DNA of 64,000 nt from an uncultured beta proteobacterium (GCA_942492335.1 CALOEN010000002.1:60-64059); one strand, 5' to 3'. Counted from the stretch's first letter, positions 1-9,790 are shown. The notes: generated by a model not told the origin, from the sequence alone. Numbers and translations: made by a program.

Positions 1-732
1 GTCGACTCGTATCCGGGCCGGACCTTTCGGGGAACAGTGTCGCAGGTGCGCAAAGCGGCGCTGGTCGTGCAGAACGTCGTGACCTATGTTGCCGTGATTG
101 GCGCGTCCAATCCAGACCTGGGTTTGTTTCCGGGCATGACGGCCAACGTTCGCCTCGTAGTGGATACGCGCGAAAAAGTGCTCAAGATTCCCAATGCTGC
201 TTTGCGTTTCAGGCCTGCCGGTATTTCCGTTACCCGGTCTTCCGAGAATGCCGCCGCTGCCGGATCGGCAGGCAAAGGCGGGGGGCAGGCTGCCCAGGCG
301 CGCGAGAGACTCATCAAGGAACTCGGTCTCAATGCCGAGCAGCAGGCTAAAGTGGAAACCATATTCAATGAGGTGCAGGACAAGATCAGAGCGCTCAATA
401 TCGAAGACCAGACCGAGCGCCGCCGGCAGGCCGGGCGGCTGCGCGCGGAATCGCGCCCGCGCATTGCAGAGGTGCTGAATCCCGAGCAGCGCAAACGCTA
501 CGAGGAAATGACCGCTTCCCGCGCCGCGGGCGGCACCACCAGCGGCAGCGTGTGGGTGCTCGACAAAAAAGGCGAGCCCACGCCGGTCAACGTGCGCGTC
601 GGCCTGTCTGACGGCACTTTCGCAGAGCTCGTGTCCGGCGACATCACCGAGGGCAGGGAGGTGATCATCGGCACCGGGGAAGCCGGCAAGGGGCGTAATC
701 AAACGACGAGCGGACCGCGGTTTGGATTTTAA
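1..732 (+). CDS. Efflux pump periplasmic adaptor subunit (HlyD/MacA family); the 5' end lies outside the window
   Basis: Frame 1 is open from base 1 to TAA 730-732. The translation looks like an adaptor C-terminus (VLKIPNAALRF, VWVLDKKGEPTPVNVRVGLSDG). It sits directly upstream of a MacB-type ABC ATPase and FtsX permease pair. Confidence 0.75.
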   Translation, partial: VDSYPGRTFRGTVSQVRKAALVVQNVVTYVAVIGASNPDLGLFPGMTANVRLVVDTREKVLKIPNAALRFRPAGISVTRSSENAAAAGSAGKGGGQAAQARERLIKELGLNAEQQAKVETIFNEVQDKIRALNIEDQTERRRQAGRLRAESRPRIAEVLNPEQRKRYEEMTASRAAGGTTSGSVWVLDKKGEPTPVNVRVGLSDGTFAELVSGDITEGREVIIGTGEAGKGRNQTTSGPRFGF

Positions 733-737
733 GGGCG

Positions 738-964
738 GTGATTTAGTGATTCAGTGATTCAGTGATTGAGTTATTTAGTGATTAAGTGATTCAGTGATTG
801 AGTGATTTAGTGATTGAGTGATTGAGTGATTAAGCAACAGCAAATACGTGAACATCTTGTGAAGGGTGTCCCAAAAATGCTTTATTGCTCCGCGACGGCG
901 GGGAGAGCGGCGGGGGATGTTGAATTGAGCTTTAATCACCCAAATTACTTAATCACTTAATCAC
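738..964. repeat. Inverted tandem-octamer array: 12 x GTGATTNA (738-833), ~98 nt unique core, 4 x TTAATCAC-like (932-964)
   Basis: Read directly from the sequence: gtgattta gtgattca gtgattca gtgattga gttattta gtgattaa gtgattca gtgattga gtgattta gtgattga gtgattga gtgattaa ... ttaatcac ccaaattac ttaatcac ttaatcac. It fills the gap between the adaptor gene and the ATPase gene. Confidence 0.95.
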
Positions 965-970
965 TAAAAA

Positions 971-1712
971 ATGTCCGAACCCCTCATCGTCACCCGCAAT
1001 CTCGCCAAGGTGTACCGCATGGAAAGCTACACCGTGACGGCGCTGCAGGGCGTGTCGGTCGAGATCGGAGCCGGAGAATTCGTGGCGGTGATGGGCCCGT
1101 CAGGATCGGGAAAATCGACCTTCATGAATCTGCTGGGCTGCCTCGATACGCCGACCAGCGGCGACTATAGTCTTGCCGGTGAGAAAGCCTCCGAGCTTTC
1201 GGGCGATGCGCTTGCGGCCATCCGCAATCGCAGAATCGGGTTCGTGTTCCAGAACTTCAATCTGCTGCCGCGCACGAGTGCGCTGGAAAACGTCGAGCTG
1301 CCGCTGCTTTATGCGCACGTTTCAGCGCAGGATCGACGCAACCGGGCGCTGGCCAGGCTCTCCGATGTCGGCCTGGCCGAACGCGCAGACCATCACCCGG
1401 CGCAGCTCTCCGGCGGGCAGCAGCAGAGGGTGGCGATTGCGCGCGCATTGGTCAACGATCCGGTGCTTATCCTCGCCGACGAACCTACGGGGGCACTCGA
1501 CTCCCGCACCAGCTTCGAAGTCATGGGGCTGTTGCAACAACTGAACCGCGGCAGGGATGACGGTGGTGCTGGTGACCCACGAACGCGACATGGCGGCATT
1601 TGCCTCCCGCATGAGTGAGTTTCCTCGATGGCGCGTCGTCGTCAACGATCAGCGGATCGCGCAAGCCGGCCGATGCCCCAGGCGATGCTGCGCGAACAGG
1701 GCGGCGGCATGA
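971..1712 (+). pseudogene. ABC transporter ATP-binding protein (MacB/LolD family); the frame is broken once (extra G near 1550-1551), possibly a sequencing error
   Basis: ORF 971-1618 has Walker [10 protein letters not shown], signature [15 protein letters not shown] and Walker B ILADEPT. After LLQQLNR the expected [23 protein letters not shown] continues in the frame starting at 1551. That frame ends at TGA 1710-1712, which overlaps ATG 1709 (ATGA). Confidence 0.85.
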
Positions 1713-1739
1713 CCGTGGCTTGCCAGCATACGCATCGCA

Positions 1740-2942
1740 TTGCGGGCGCTGCGCGTGAACAAGCTGCGCAGCATCTTGACCATGCTCGGCATCATCATCG
1801 GCGTCGCGGCGGTGATTACCATGATTGCAGTCGGCGCCGGTGCGCAGGCAAAAGTGGAAGACCAAATCAAGAGTCTCGGCTCCAATCTCATCATCCTGTT
1901 GCCGGGGTCGGTGACTTCCGGGGGGCGGCGCATGGGCGCGGGGTCGCGTTCTACACTGACGGAAGACGACGCATACGCTATTCAACGCGAAGTGACAGAC
2001 GTCCAGGCGGCCGCGCCCACGCTGCGCGGAATCGGTCAGGTGGTGGCGGGAAACAACAACTGGTCGACTGCGTTCTACGGCATTACACCCGAGTATTTCG
2101 AGGCGCGCAATTGGGTGATCGCTTCCGGCAAAAGCTTCGATCCGGCCGATGTCACCGGCTCCGGCAAAGTTGTGCTGCTCGGAGAAACGGTGGCCCGCAC
2201 TTTGTTTGGCGATAGCGATCCGGTCGGTCAGGTGGTGCGCGTGCACAAGGTTCCTATGCGGGTGATCGGCACGCTTGAGCGCAAAGGCCAGAGCCTGATG
2301 GGCCAGGACCAGGATGACGTGATCCTGATGCCGATTTCCACTGCGCGCAATCGCATTCTCGGCGGCAATGCCGCGAAGCAGCGTTCCGTGCAATCGATCT
2401 CGATCAAGGTACGCGAGGGTGCCAGCATGGCCGAGGCTGAAAGTGAGATGAGAAGGCTGTTGCGGCAGCGCCATCGTCTTCAATCCAGCCAGGAGGACGA
2501 CTTTACGCTGCGCAATCTCTCGGAAGTGCTGGGTGCGCGAGAAGAGTCGAGCCGGATCATGACGCTGCTGCTTGCCGCCGTGGCATCGGTGTCGTTGCTG
2601 GTGGGCGGCATAGGCATCATGAACATCATGCTGGTCTCGGTCACGGAACGCACGCGCGAGATCGGACTGAGGATGGCGGTCGGTGCGCGCGGGAGCGATA
2701 TCCTGTCTCAGTTCCTGGTCGAAGCAGTTACGCTGGCACTGATCGGCGGTCTGTGCGGGACTGTGCTCGGCGTGGGGGGGTCCTATGCCATCGGACATTT
2801 TGCCGGGTGGCGCATTGCGATCAATGTCCAGGCAGTGGTGCTCGCCGTCGGTTTTGCGGCGGCCATAGGCGTCTTCTTTGGCTTTTATCCTGCGCGCAAG
2901 GCCTCGCGGCTGCTGCCGATAGAGGCGCTGCGCTATGAATGA
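1740..2942 (+). CDS. ABC transporter permease, MacB/FtsX type
   Basis: N-terminal TM IRIALRALRVNKLRSILTMLGIIIGVAAVI, a large periplasmic domain, and a C-terminal FtsX bundle (GGIGIMNIMLVSVTERTREIGLRMAVGAR). The ORF-track start is TTG 1740. ATG 1709 (MT-WLASIRIAL) fits better but needs a 1-nt correction around 1712-1715. Confidence 0.88.
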   Translation: MRALRVNKLRSILTMLGIIIGVAAVITMIAVGAGAQAKVEDQIKSLGSNLIILLPGSVTSGGRRMGAGSRSTLTEDDAYAIQREVTDVQAAAPTLRGIGQVVAGNNNWSTAFYGITPEYFEARNWVIASGKSFDPADVTGSGKVVLLGETVARTLFGDSDPVGQVVRVHKVPMRVIGTLERKGQSLMGQDQDDVILMPISTARNRILGGNAAKQRSVQSISIKVREGASMAEAESEMRRLLRQRHRLQSSQEDDFTLRNLSEVLGAREESSRIMTLLLAAVASVSLLVGGIGIMNIMLVSVTERTREIGLRMAVGARGSDILSQFLVEAVTLALIGGLCGTVLGVGGSYAIGHFAGWRIAINVQAVVLAVGFAAAIGVFFGFYPARKASRLLPIEALRYE

Positions 2943-2946
2943 CCCC

Positions 2947-3082
2947 GTGATTGAGTGATTGAGTGATTAAGTGATTAAGTGATTAAGTGATTGAACCAAA
3001 CCCCTGCGCCACGGACAGCGCTCACCAAATCACCAAATCACCAAATCACCAAATCACCAAATCACCAAATCACTCAATCACC
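2947..3082. repeat. Inverted tandem-octamer array: 6 x GTGATTRA (2947-2994), 28 nt core, 7 x CACCAAAT-like (3023-3082)
   Basis: Read directly: gtgattga gtgattga gtgattaa gtgattaa gtgattaa gtgattga ... caccaaat x6, cactcaat, cacc. The right-arm unit is the reverse complement of GTGATTTG. The array starts 5 nt after the permease stop. Confidence 0.95.
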
Positions 3083-3112
3083 GTCTTTTAAGCATAGAAT
3101 AGCCCCCTGCTC

Positions 3113-3937
3113 ATGGACCTAGCCCTATACCTCAAGGCCCTGATTCTCGGTGTTGTCGAGGGCCTCACCGAATTCCTGCCTGTTTCCAGTACCGGTCACC
3201 TGATCGTCGTCGGCGACCTTCTCGGGTTCAATGACGATAAAGCCAAAGTGTTCGAGATCGTCATTCAGCTTGCTGCGATACTCGCGGTGTGCTGGGAGTA
3301 TCGGGCGCGTTTTTCCGGGGTGATACGCGGCTACGCCACCGAGGAGCCGGCGCGGCGCTTCGTTTACAATCTGGCGATCGCATTCATGCCCGCCGCGATT
3401 CTTGGGTTCCTGTTTCACAGCGCGATCAAGAGAGTGCTGTTTCACCCGGTGCCGGTGGCGCTGGCGCTGATCGTCGGCGGCGTCCTGATTTTGTGGGTCG
3501 AGCGCAGGCCGCACACCGTGACGATACGGGAAGTCGATGATATGCGCTGGCGCGATGCACTCAAGGTGGGTTTTGCCCAGGCGCTGGCGCTAATTCCGGG
3601 CACGTCGCGCGCGGGCGCGACCATCATCGGCGGGTTGTATTTCGGCATGACGCGCAAGGCCGCAACCGAATTTTCATTTTTTCTCGCCGTGCCAACGATG
3701 TTTGCAGCGGTGTTCTACGATGTTTATAAAAACCGTGCGTTGCTGAACGTGGACGATCTCGGGGTGTTTGCGGCCGGATCCGCGGCGGCTTTTGTCAGTG
3801 CGTTTTTTGCTGTGCGTGGACTGCTGCGTTATATCAGCCGCCATGACTTCAGCGTATTCGCCTGGTACCGCATCATTTTCGGATTGATTATTCTGGCCAC
3901 AGGATATACGGGCTGGATTGCCTGGTCCGCTGCCTGA
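3113..3937 (+). CDS. uppP: Undecaprenyl-diphosphate phosphatase
   Basis: 274 aa polytopic membrane protein with BacA/UppP motifs ([34 protein letters not shown]). Confidence 0.95.
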   Translation: MDLALYLKALILGVVEGLTEFLPVSSTGHLIVVGDLLGFNDDKAKVFEIVIQLAAILAVCWEYRARFSGVIRGYATEEPARRFVYNLAIAFMPAAILGFLFHSAIKRVLFHPVPVALALIVGGVLILWVERRPHTVTIREVDDMRWRDALKVGFAQALALIPGTSRAGATIIGGLYFGMTRKAATEFSFFLAVPTMFAAVFYDVYKNRALLNVDDLGVFAAGSAAAFVSAFFAVRGLLRYISRHDFSVFAWYRIIFGLIILATGYTGWIAWSAA

Positions 3938-4203
3938 AGCGTTGCGGCTGTGTCGGTCTAAAGCCCATCAGGCCATGACGGATACCGTCCAACCCAATGA
4001 TTTTGTGATATAATTTCTTCATCCTGGATGGCGCGCATGTAGTTTGCGCTAACCGGATGGTCTATGGGCGGGCAGGGTCTGTGCTGTTCACTTCCACCCC
4101 ACATCATCACGACCTGGTCATGCGTTGTTGAGCGATCACACCCCCACCTTGCTCCTGAACAGGCCCTGGTCCCCGGCCCCAAATACAGAAAAGGCGGATA
4201 CAC

Positions 4204-5784
4204 ATGAACAAGACTTCTAATAAAAACCAATTCTCCGATCCCAAGTCACGGCTGATGTTACGCAACGCCACGCTGAATGACGTGCCGGCGATCTGCGAAC
4301 TCAGCAGGCGTGTATATGCAAGTACCGGCATGCACGGGTATTCGGAAGGTGCGGTAACCGGCCAGATCAATATCTTTCCCGAAGGGCAGTTTGTTTTGCT
4401 GGCAGGCGACAAGGTGGTCGGCTATTGCGCCACCTTCAGGATCAACGGCGAAATCGCGCTCAAGCCGCACACCTGGGTGGAAATCACCGGCAACGGGTAT
4501 GCTTCCCGCCACGACAACGGGGGCGACTGGCTCTACGGCATGGAGGTGTGCGTCGATCCCGAATTCCGCGGCTACCGCCTGGGGCAGCGGCTTTATAACG
4601 AACGCAAAAAACTGTGCGAATCGCTGAAACTGAAGGGCATAGTCTTCGTCGGCCGCCTGCCGGGATTGTCGCGGCACATCAAGCGCGCCGGGTCGGTGGA
4701 AAATTACGTCGAGCAGGTCAAACTCAAGCAGATTAAAGATCCCGTGCTGTCATTCCAGCTTCGCAATAATTTCGAGATCATCGAGGTAATTCCAAAGTAT
4801 CTCACCACCGACCACGAATCGATGGGGTATGGCGCGCATCTGTTGTGGCGCAATCCCAAAGTGCCGGATCAAGCCAAGGACAAGGCGCAGTCATTCGGTG
4901 GCAGGAGCGCAGACACCATACGCGTGGGCACGGTACAGTACATGCAGCGCCGCGTGCATTCCTTCGAGGAGTTCATGAGCGGCGTGGAATATTTCGTCGA
5001 TGTGGTGTCGGACTACAAGGGCGACTTCGTGGTCTTCCCGGAAATGTTCACGCTGCAGTTGCTGTCGATAGAAAATCGGGAAAGCGCCCCCGCGGACGCG
5101 ATCGAGTCGCTGACCAATTACACCCCGCGTTTCCAGGAGGCCATGCGCGAACTTGCGTTGCGCTACAACATCAACATCATCGCGGGATCGCATCCCACGC
5201 GCATGCCCAACGGCAGGGTGGAAAACATCGCGCATATCTTCCTGCGCGACGGCACCATGCACGTGCAACCCAAGATCCACCCGACGCCCAACGAAGCGCA
5301 ATGGTGGAACATCGAAGGCGGCAGCACCCTCAATGCCATCGAAACCGACTGCGGGCCGATCGGTGTGCTGATTTGCTATGACGCGGAGTTTCCCGAGTTG
5401 GTGCGACATCTGACCGACCAGGGTATTCATATCCTGTTCGTGCCTTTCTGCACCGACGAGCGGCAGAGTTTTCTGCGGGTGCGCTATTGCTGCCAGGCGC
5501 GCGCGGTCGAGAACCAGATTTACGTGGTGATGTCAGGCAACGTCGGCAATTTGCCCTATGTGTTCAACATGGACATCCAGTACGCGCAGAGCTGCATACT
5601 GACGCCTTGTGATTTTCCCTTTGCCCGCGACGGCATTGCCGCCGACACTACGCCCAACACGGAGACCGTGGCCATTGCCGATCTGCGTCCCGAGACCCTG
5701 ATTACCGCGCGCAACAACGGAACGGTGCGAAATCTGCGTGACCGGCGCCACGACCTCTACAGCGTGCAGTGGCGCGGAAAATAG
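4204..5784 (+). CDS. Bifunctional GNAT N-acetyltransferase / carbon-nitrogen hydrolase (nitrilase superfamily) fusion protein
   Basis: N-terminal GNAT fold (VVGYCATF, VDPEFRGYRLGQRLY). C-terminal nitrilase-type domain with the Glu (VVFPEMF) and Cys (GVLICYDAEFPE) motifs. Confidence 0.85.
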   Translation: MNKTSNKNQFSDPKSRLMLRNATLNDVPAICELSRRVYASTGMHGYSEGAVTGQINIFPEGQFVLLAGDKVVGYCATFRINGEIALKPHTWVEITGNGYASRHDNGGDWLYGMEVCVDPEFRGYRLGQRLYNERKKLCESLKLKGIVFVGRLPGLSRHIKRAGSVENYVEQVKLKQIKDPVLSFQLRNNFEIIEVIPKYLTTDHESMGYGAHLLWRNPKVPDQAKDKAQSFGGRSADTIRVGTVQYMQRRVHSFEEFMSGVEYFVDVVSDYKGDFVVFPEMFTLQLLSIENRESAPADAIESLTNYTPRFQEAMRELALRYNINIIAGSHPTRMPNGRVENIAHIFLRDGTMHVQPKIHPTPNEAQWWNIEGGSTLNAIETDCGPIGVLICYDAEFPELVRHLTDQGIHILFVPFCTDERQSFLRVRYCCQARAVENQIYVVMSGNVGNLPYVFNMDIQYAQSCILTPCDFPFARDGIAADTTPNTETVAIADLRPETLITARNNGTVRNLRDRRHDLYSVQWRGK

Positions 5785-5799
5785 CCTGACAGGAAAGTA

Positions 5800-6249
5800 T
5801 CAGCCCTGTATCCAGGGCAAACCTGCCGCGCGCCAGCCGCCTTTGACGTTGCGATGACCGGCGGCGTCCTTGTCGCCCTCGAAGCCTTCGAGCACGTTGT
5901 AGCACCTGGCATAGCCGGCCTGGGTGGCCAGCGCCGCGGTGTTATGCGAACGGGCGCCGCTGCGGCAAACGAACATCACCAGTGCTTCCTTGCTGACCAT
6001 TTGCTCGAGCTCGGGCAGAAAAGACGCGTTCAGTTGGTTGGCGGGATAGGTGAGGAACTCGATTTCAACGGCACCGGGAATGCGGCCGACCCAGTACCAT
6101 TCGGCGTGCGTGCGCACATCGACCAGCGTGGCGTTGGACGCTTCTTTCCAGATCTGATAGGCCTCGCCGGGCAGCAGGGCGCCTTCATAAGGCAGTCTCA
6201 TTTGCCGGGCCCGTTCGCGGGCGGTTTTCAAAATGTCATCAATAGTCAA
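5800..6249 (-). CDS. Rhodanese-like sulfurtransferase domain protein
   Basis: 149 aa with LVDVRTHAEW and the catalytic loop CRSGARS. Confidence 0.8.
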   Translation of the reverse strand: MTIDDILKTARERARQMRLPYEGALLPGEAYQIWKEASNATLVDVRTHAEWYWVGRIPGAVEIEFLTYPANQLNASFLPELEQMVSKEALVMFVCRSGARSHNTAALATQAGYARCYNVLEGFEGDKDAAGHRNVKGGWRAAGLPWIQG

Positions 6250-6355
6250 AGCAGTTCCTTTGTGTCAGGCCGCATCCGGGAGAAATGAGGTCGCTGAAAT
6301 GTATCTGGCGCAAAAACAAGGCGTTATTTTACCCGAGCCCGGAGATGATCCATCG

Positions 6356-6403
6356 TGGCGCTATAATGGTGCAAGTTATGGCATGTTCGCACCATTATGG
6401 TGC
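6356..6403. promoter_or_regulatory. Putative NtrC (enhancer) binding sites upstream of glnA
   Basis: 6389-6403 GCACCATTATGGTGC is a near-perfect match to the NtrC palindrome TGCACCA-N3-TGGTGCA. A weaker site TGGCGCTATAATGGTGCA lies at 6356-6373 and overlaps a TATAAT hexamer (6362-6367). Confidence 0.6.
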
Positions 6404-6465
6404 CGATGAATTTTAGTGTTTTGCTCAAATCCCTTATGGCACAATGCTTTCCTTATAAAAATTGC

Positions 6466-6481
6466 TGGCACATTTTGTGCT
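6466..6481 (+). promoter_or_regulatory. Sigma-54 (-24/-12) promoter of glnA
   Basis: tGGcacattttgtGCt has the GG and GC spaced as in TGGCAC-N5-TTGC. It lies ~56 nt upstream of the glnA ATG and ~65-110 nt downstream of the NtrC-like sites. Confidence 0.65.
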
Positions 6482-6536
6482 CATATCAAGGTTTTGTATT
6501 TCCCGTTTCCGTCTTACCCACCGTTAGGAGAATGTG

Positions 6537-7949
6537 ATGGCATCCGCCGCAGATGTAATGAAAATGGTCAAAGACAACGAAGTCAGGTTTGTTGATTTCC
6601 GCTTCACCGATACCCGTGGCAAGGAGCAGCATGTATCGGTACCGGCCAAAGCGTTTACTGATGATAAATTCACCGACGGCCATGCTTTCGATGGCTCTTC
6701 GATTGCCGGCTGGAAGGGCATACAGGCCTCCGACATGCTGTTGATGCCGGACCCGGATTCCGTGCGCATGGACCCCTTTACCGACGAGCCGACGCTGATT
6801 TTGACCTGTGACGTGGTCGAGCCGTCGGATGGCAAGGGCTATGACCGCGATCCGCGTTCCATTGCCAAGCGTGCCGAGGCCTTCCTCAAATCAACCGGGA
6901 TTGGCGATACCGCTTACTTCGGTCCCGAGCCCGAGTTCTTTGTGTTCGACTCGGTGACGTGGAGCATAGACATGTCCGGCTCGATGGTGAAAATCAAGTC
7001 GGAAGAGGCGGCCTGGGCTTCGAACGAGGACGTGGAAGGCGGCAACATGGGACACCGGCCGTCGGTCAAGGGCGGCTATTTCCCGGTGGCGCCGGTCGAT
7101 TCGCTGCAGGACATCCGCTCGGCGATGTGCATGGCGCTCGAAGAACAGGGCGTCGAGGTGGAGGTCCATCACCATGAAGTGGCAACGGCGGGCCAATGCG
7201 AGATCGGCACGAAGTTCGAAAGCCTCGTGAAACGCGCGGACTGGAATCAGATCCTCAAGTACACCGTGCATAATGTTGCGCACTCTTACGGCAAGACGGC
7301 GACTTTCATGCCCAAGCCCATCGTCGGTGATAACGGCTCGGGCATGCACGTGCATCAGTCGATCTGGAAAGGCGGCAAGAACCTGTTCAGCGGCAACGGT
7401 TATGCCGGGCTGTCCGAGCTTGCGCTCTACTACATCGGCGGCATCATCAAGCACGCCAAGGCGCTGAACGCCATCACCAATCCCGGAACCAATTCCTACA
7501 AGCGGCTGGTTCCCGGCTTCGAGGCGCCGATCAATCTTGCCTACTCGGCCCGCAACCGCTCGGCCTCAATACGCATTCCCCACGTCATGAGCCCGAAAGC
7601 ACGGCGCATCGAAGTGCGCTTTCCGGATCCGACCGCCAATCCCTATCTCGCATTCACGGCGATGGTGATGGCGGGGCTCGACGGCATCCAGAACAAGATT
7701 CATCCTGGCGATCCCATCGACAAGAACCTTTATGATCTGCCGCCGGAAGAAGCGAAGAAAGTGCCCAATGTATGCTCGTCGCTCGACATGGCGCTTGAGC
7801 ACCTCGACAAGGACCGCGAGTTCCTGACCCGCGGCGGGGTGTTCTCCAACGACATGATCGATGCGTATATCGAGCTCAAGATGGAAGAGGTCACGGCGTT
7901 CCGCGTGACCACTCATCCGCTCGAGTTTCAGCTGTACTACAGCCTGTAA
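6537..7949 (+). CDS. glnA: Glutamine synthetase type I
   Basis: Typical GSI sequence ([35 protein letters not shown] adenylylation loop). AGGAG lies 7 nt before ATG 6537; the ORF track starts one codon earlier at GTG 6534. Confidence 0.97.
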   Translation: MASAADVMKMVKDNEVRFVDFRFTDTRGKEQHVSVPAKAFTDDKFTDGHAFDGSSIAGWKGIQASDMLLMPDPDSVRMDPFTDEPTLILTCDVVEPSDGKGYDRDPRSIAKRAEAFLKSTGIGDTAYFGPEPEFFVFDSVTWSIDMSGSMVKIKSEEAAWASNEDVEGGNMGHRPSVKGGYFPVAPVDSLQDIRSAMCMALEEQGVEVEVHHHEVATAGQCEIGTKFESLVKRADWNQILKYTVHNVAHSYGKTATFMPKPIVGDNGSGMHVHQSIWKGGKNLFSGNGYAGLSELALYYIGGIIKHAKALNAITNPGTNSYKRLVPGFEAPINLAYSARNRSASIRIPHVMSPKARRIEVRFPDPTANPYLAFTAMVMAGLDGIQNKIHPGDPIDKNLYDLPPEEAKKVPNVCSSLDMALEHLDKDREFLTRGGVFSNDMIDAYIELKMEEVTAFRVTTHPLEFQLYYSL

Positions 7950-7972
7950 TCCTGAGCAGAATGTTGCGGGAA

Positions 7973-7999
7973 GGGCGGGCGTGTGCCCGCCCTTTTTGC
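7973..7999 (+). terminator. Rho-independent terminator after glnA
   Basis: GGGCGGGC gtgt GCCCGCCC followed by TTTTTGCTTT. Confidence 0.8.
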
Positions 8000-8120
8000 T
8001 TTCAATTAACTGGCGCACCATATGGGTGCATTGCTAATTCTTTTTTCCTGACATAGACTTAGGCACGTATTTGAGCAGAATGATGTCAACCCAAACCACC
8101 GTCTGGGGGTTAAAGTAGAT

Positions 8121-8609
8121 ATGAAAGTGCGGGAGAAAAGCATGCGTGCCCTGGTTTTGGCCTTATTGGTGGTATTTCCGGCATTTACGGTGCATGGCGC
8201 GGATACCTTGTATGAATGCATCGACAAGAATGGAAACAAGCGCTTTACCAACATCAGTTCGGAAGCCAAGGGCTGCAAAGTGATAAGCGTCACGCCACCC
8301 AGCGTCGTTTCATCGCCTAAACCTGCCGCCAAGGGCGCCGCCCCCCCCGCCAACTTTCCCAGCGTCGATGCCCAGACGCAAAAGCAGCGCGATACCGATC
8401 GCCGCCGCATTCTGGAACAGGAACTTGCCGGCGAGCAAAAGCTCCTCGATCAGGCCCAAAAAGAACTCTCCGAGCAGGAAGCCATCCGTCTTGGCAGCGA
8501 GCGCAACTATCAACGTGTGCTCGACCGGCTTGAACCGTACAAGAAAAAGGTCAAGTTGCACGAAGATAACGTCGCTAATCTCAAGAAAGAGCTGGCGAAC
8601 ACCAGGTAA
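8121..8609 (+). CDS. DUF4124 domain protein with a coiled-coil C-terminus (secreted or periplasmic)
   Basis: Signal peptide MRALVLALLVVFPAFTVHG, DUF4124-like LYECIDKNGNKRFTN, and a charged heptad-rich tail. An uncharacterised gene between glnA and ntrB is, from memory, common in betaproteobacteria. The start may be ATG 8142. Confidence 0.7.
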   Translation: MKVREKSMRALVLALLVVFPAFTVHGADTLYECIDKNGNKRFTNISSEAKGCKVISVTPPSVVSSPKPAAKGAAPPANFPSVDAQTQKQRDTDRRRILEQELAGEQKLLDQAQKELSEQEAIRLGSERNYQRVLDRLEPYKKKVKLHEDNVANLKKELANTR

Positions 8610-8725
8610 ACAGACGGGCACAGGTATCGCGATATGAGCACGCGAGCACCAGACGTCATTTTCAGCCACCCGCATACTGGCGCGGTTCTTGCTCACTCAA
8701 TGCCATTCCCATCTAGAGTCGAATA

Positions 8726-9790
8726 ATGACACCAGCCGCACTTTCCGGCCTCGAATTGCTCGCGGCAGCCGTGGTGCTGGTGGACCGGAAACTGATCGTG
8801 CATTACATGAACCCGTCAGCTGAAAATCTGTTCGAACTCAACATCAAGAACGTTGCCGGTGCGGCGCTCGGTGATTTGTTTGATGGTGCCGCCGTGCTGT
8901 CGGCGGCGGTCAATTACGCACGCGAGCACAATAGCAGCTACACCGAGCATGCTCTCGAGTTGGGCATCGCCGGCAGGAAGCTGCATTTGTCATGCACCGT
9001 AACTCCCGTGGGGCTGGAGGAGCTCAAAAGCGGCGAGGACTTCCTGCTGGAATTCCAGCATACAGAACAACAGCTCAGGATTGCGCGCGAGGAGCGTCTG
9101 CTCGAACAAAGCCGGGCCAATCGCGAGCTGATTCGCAATCTCGCGCATGAAATCAAGAATCCGCTGGGCGGAATCCGCGGGGCGGCGCAGCTTCTGGAAC
9201 GCGAGCTCGAGCGTCCGAATCTGCACGAATATACGCAGGTGATCATGAAGGAGACGGACCGGCTGCAGCAACTGATGGACCGCCTGCTTACGCCGCACCG
9301 CCTGCCGCAACCCACGCTGGTCAACGTGCACGAAGTGCTGGAGCGCGTGCGCAGCCTGATCCTCGCTGAATACCCGCGGATCGTAATCCGCCGCGATTAC
9401 GATACCAGCCTGCCGTTGCTCAAGGGTGACAAGGAGCAACTGATTCAGGCCGTGCTCAATATCGTGCGCAACGCGGCGCAGGCGCTTTCAGGGGAAGGCG
9501 AGATCAGGCTCGGGACCCGTATCGCACGGCAGGTGACCCTGGCGCGCAAACGCTACCGCCATGCGCTGGAGCTGACAATTTGCGATAACGGTCCGGGCGT
9601 TCCGGACGTAATACGCGAGCAGATTTTTTATCCTCTGGTGTCGGGACGCGATGGCGGCAGCGGCCTGGGGCTGACGCTCGCCCAAAACTTCATTTCAGAG
9701 CATCACGGCACCATCGCATTTGAAAGCGAACCGGGCAGCACTTGCTTCACTATTTTGTTGCCCGTCAATGAACCAGGTAATGGGTCATGA
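8726..9790 (+). CDS. ntrB: Nitrogen regulation sensor histidine kinase NtrB
   Basis: PAS N-terminus, H-box LAHEIKNPLGGIRGAAQLL, N box NIVRNAAQA, G boxes DNGPGVP and GSGLGLTLA. The stop TGA 9788-9790 lies inside a heptamer array. Confidence 0.92.
   Translation: MTPAALSGLELLAAAVVLVDRKLIVHYMNPSAENLFELNIKNVAGAALGDLFDGAAVLSAAVNYAREHNSSYTEHALELGIAGRKLHLSCTVTPVGLEELKSGEDFLLEFQHTEQQLRIAREERLLEQSRANRELIRNLAHEIKNPLGGIRGAAQLLERELERPNLHEYTQVIMKETDRLQQLMDRLLTPHRLPQPTLVNVHEVLERVRSLILAEYPRIVIRRDYDTSLPLLKGDKEQLIQAVLNIVRNAAQALSGEGEIRLGTRIARQVTLARKRYRHALELTICDNGPGVPDVIREQIFYPLVSGRDGGSGLGLTLAQNFISEHHGTIAFESEPGSTCFTILLPVNEPGNGS

Noticed and set aside
738-833. The tandem octamer and heptamer arrays as CRISPR arrays or as coding repeats.
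   Set aside because: There are no spacers between units, the period is not a multiple of 3, and stop codons occur in every frame.
1710-1712. An in-frame TGA between the ATPase and permease frames as read-through or selenocysteine in a fused 657 aa MacB.
   Set aside because: The ATGA overlap (ATG 1709 / TGA 1710) is the classic coupled two-gene junction. A 1-nt correction gives a canonical permease N-terminus MTWLASIRIAL. No SECIS-like hairpin was seen.
1521-2798. Long antisense ORF (425 aa) opposite the ABC permease. Similar ones lie at 9919-10815, 19431-20879, 31816-33006, 35184-36551, 36484-37962, 43892-45118, 46895-48385, 48604-49761, 54845-55738, 56124-57143, 57900-58793 and 61359-62417.
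   Set aside because: Each lies opposite a gene with strong family motifs. Their translations are Arg/Ala/Gly/His-rich low-information sequence with no recognisable motifs. Long stop-free antisense frames are expected in GC-rich DNA.
3958-4230. A 90 aa minus-strand ORF in the uppP / GNAT-nitrilase spacer.
   Set aside because: It has no RBS, an odd composition, and overlaps the start of the fusion gene. It is more likely non-coding leader or promoter DNA.
6437-6452. A second TGGCAC motif (TGGCACAATGCTTTCC) as an additional sigma-54 promoter.
   Set aside because: The -12 element reads TTTC instead of TTGC/GC. The downstream site at 6466-6481 fits much better.
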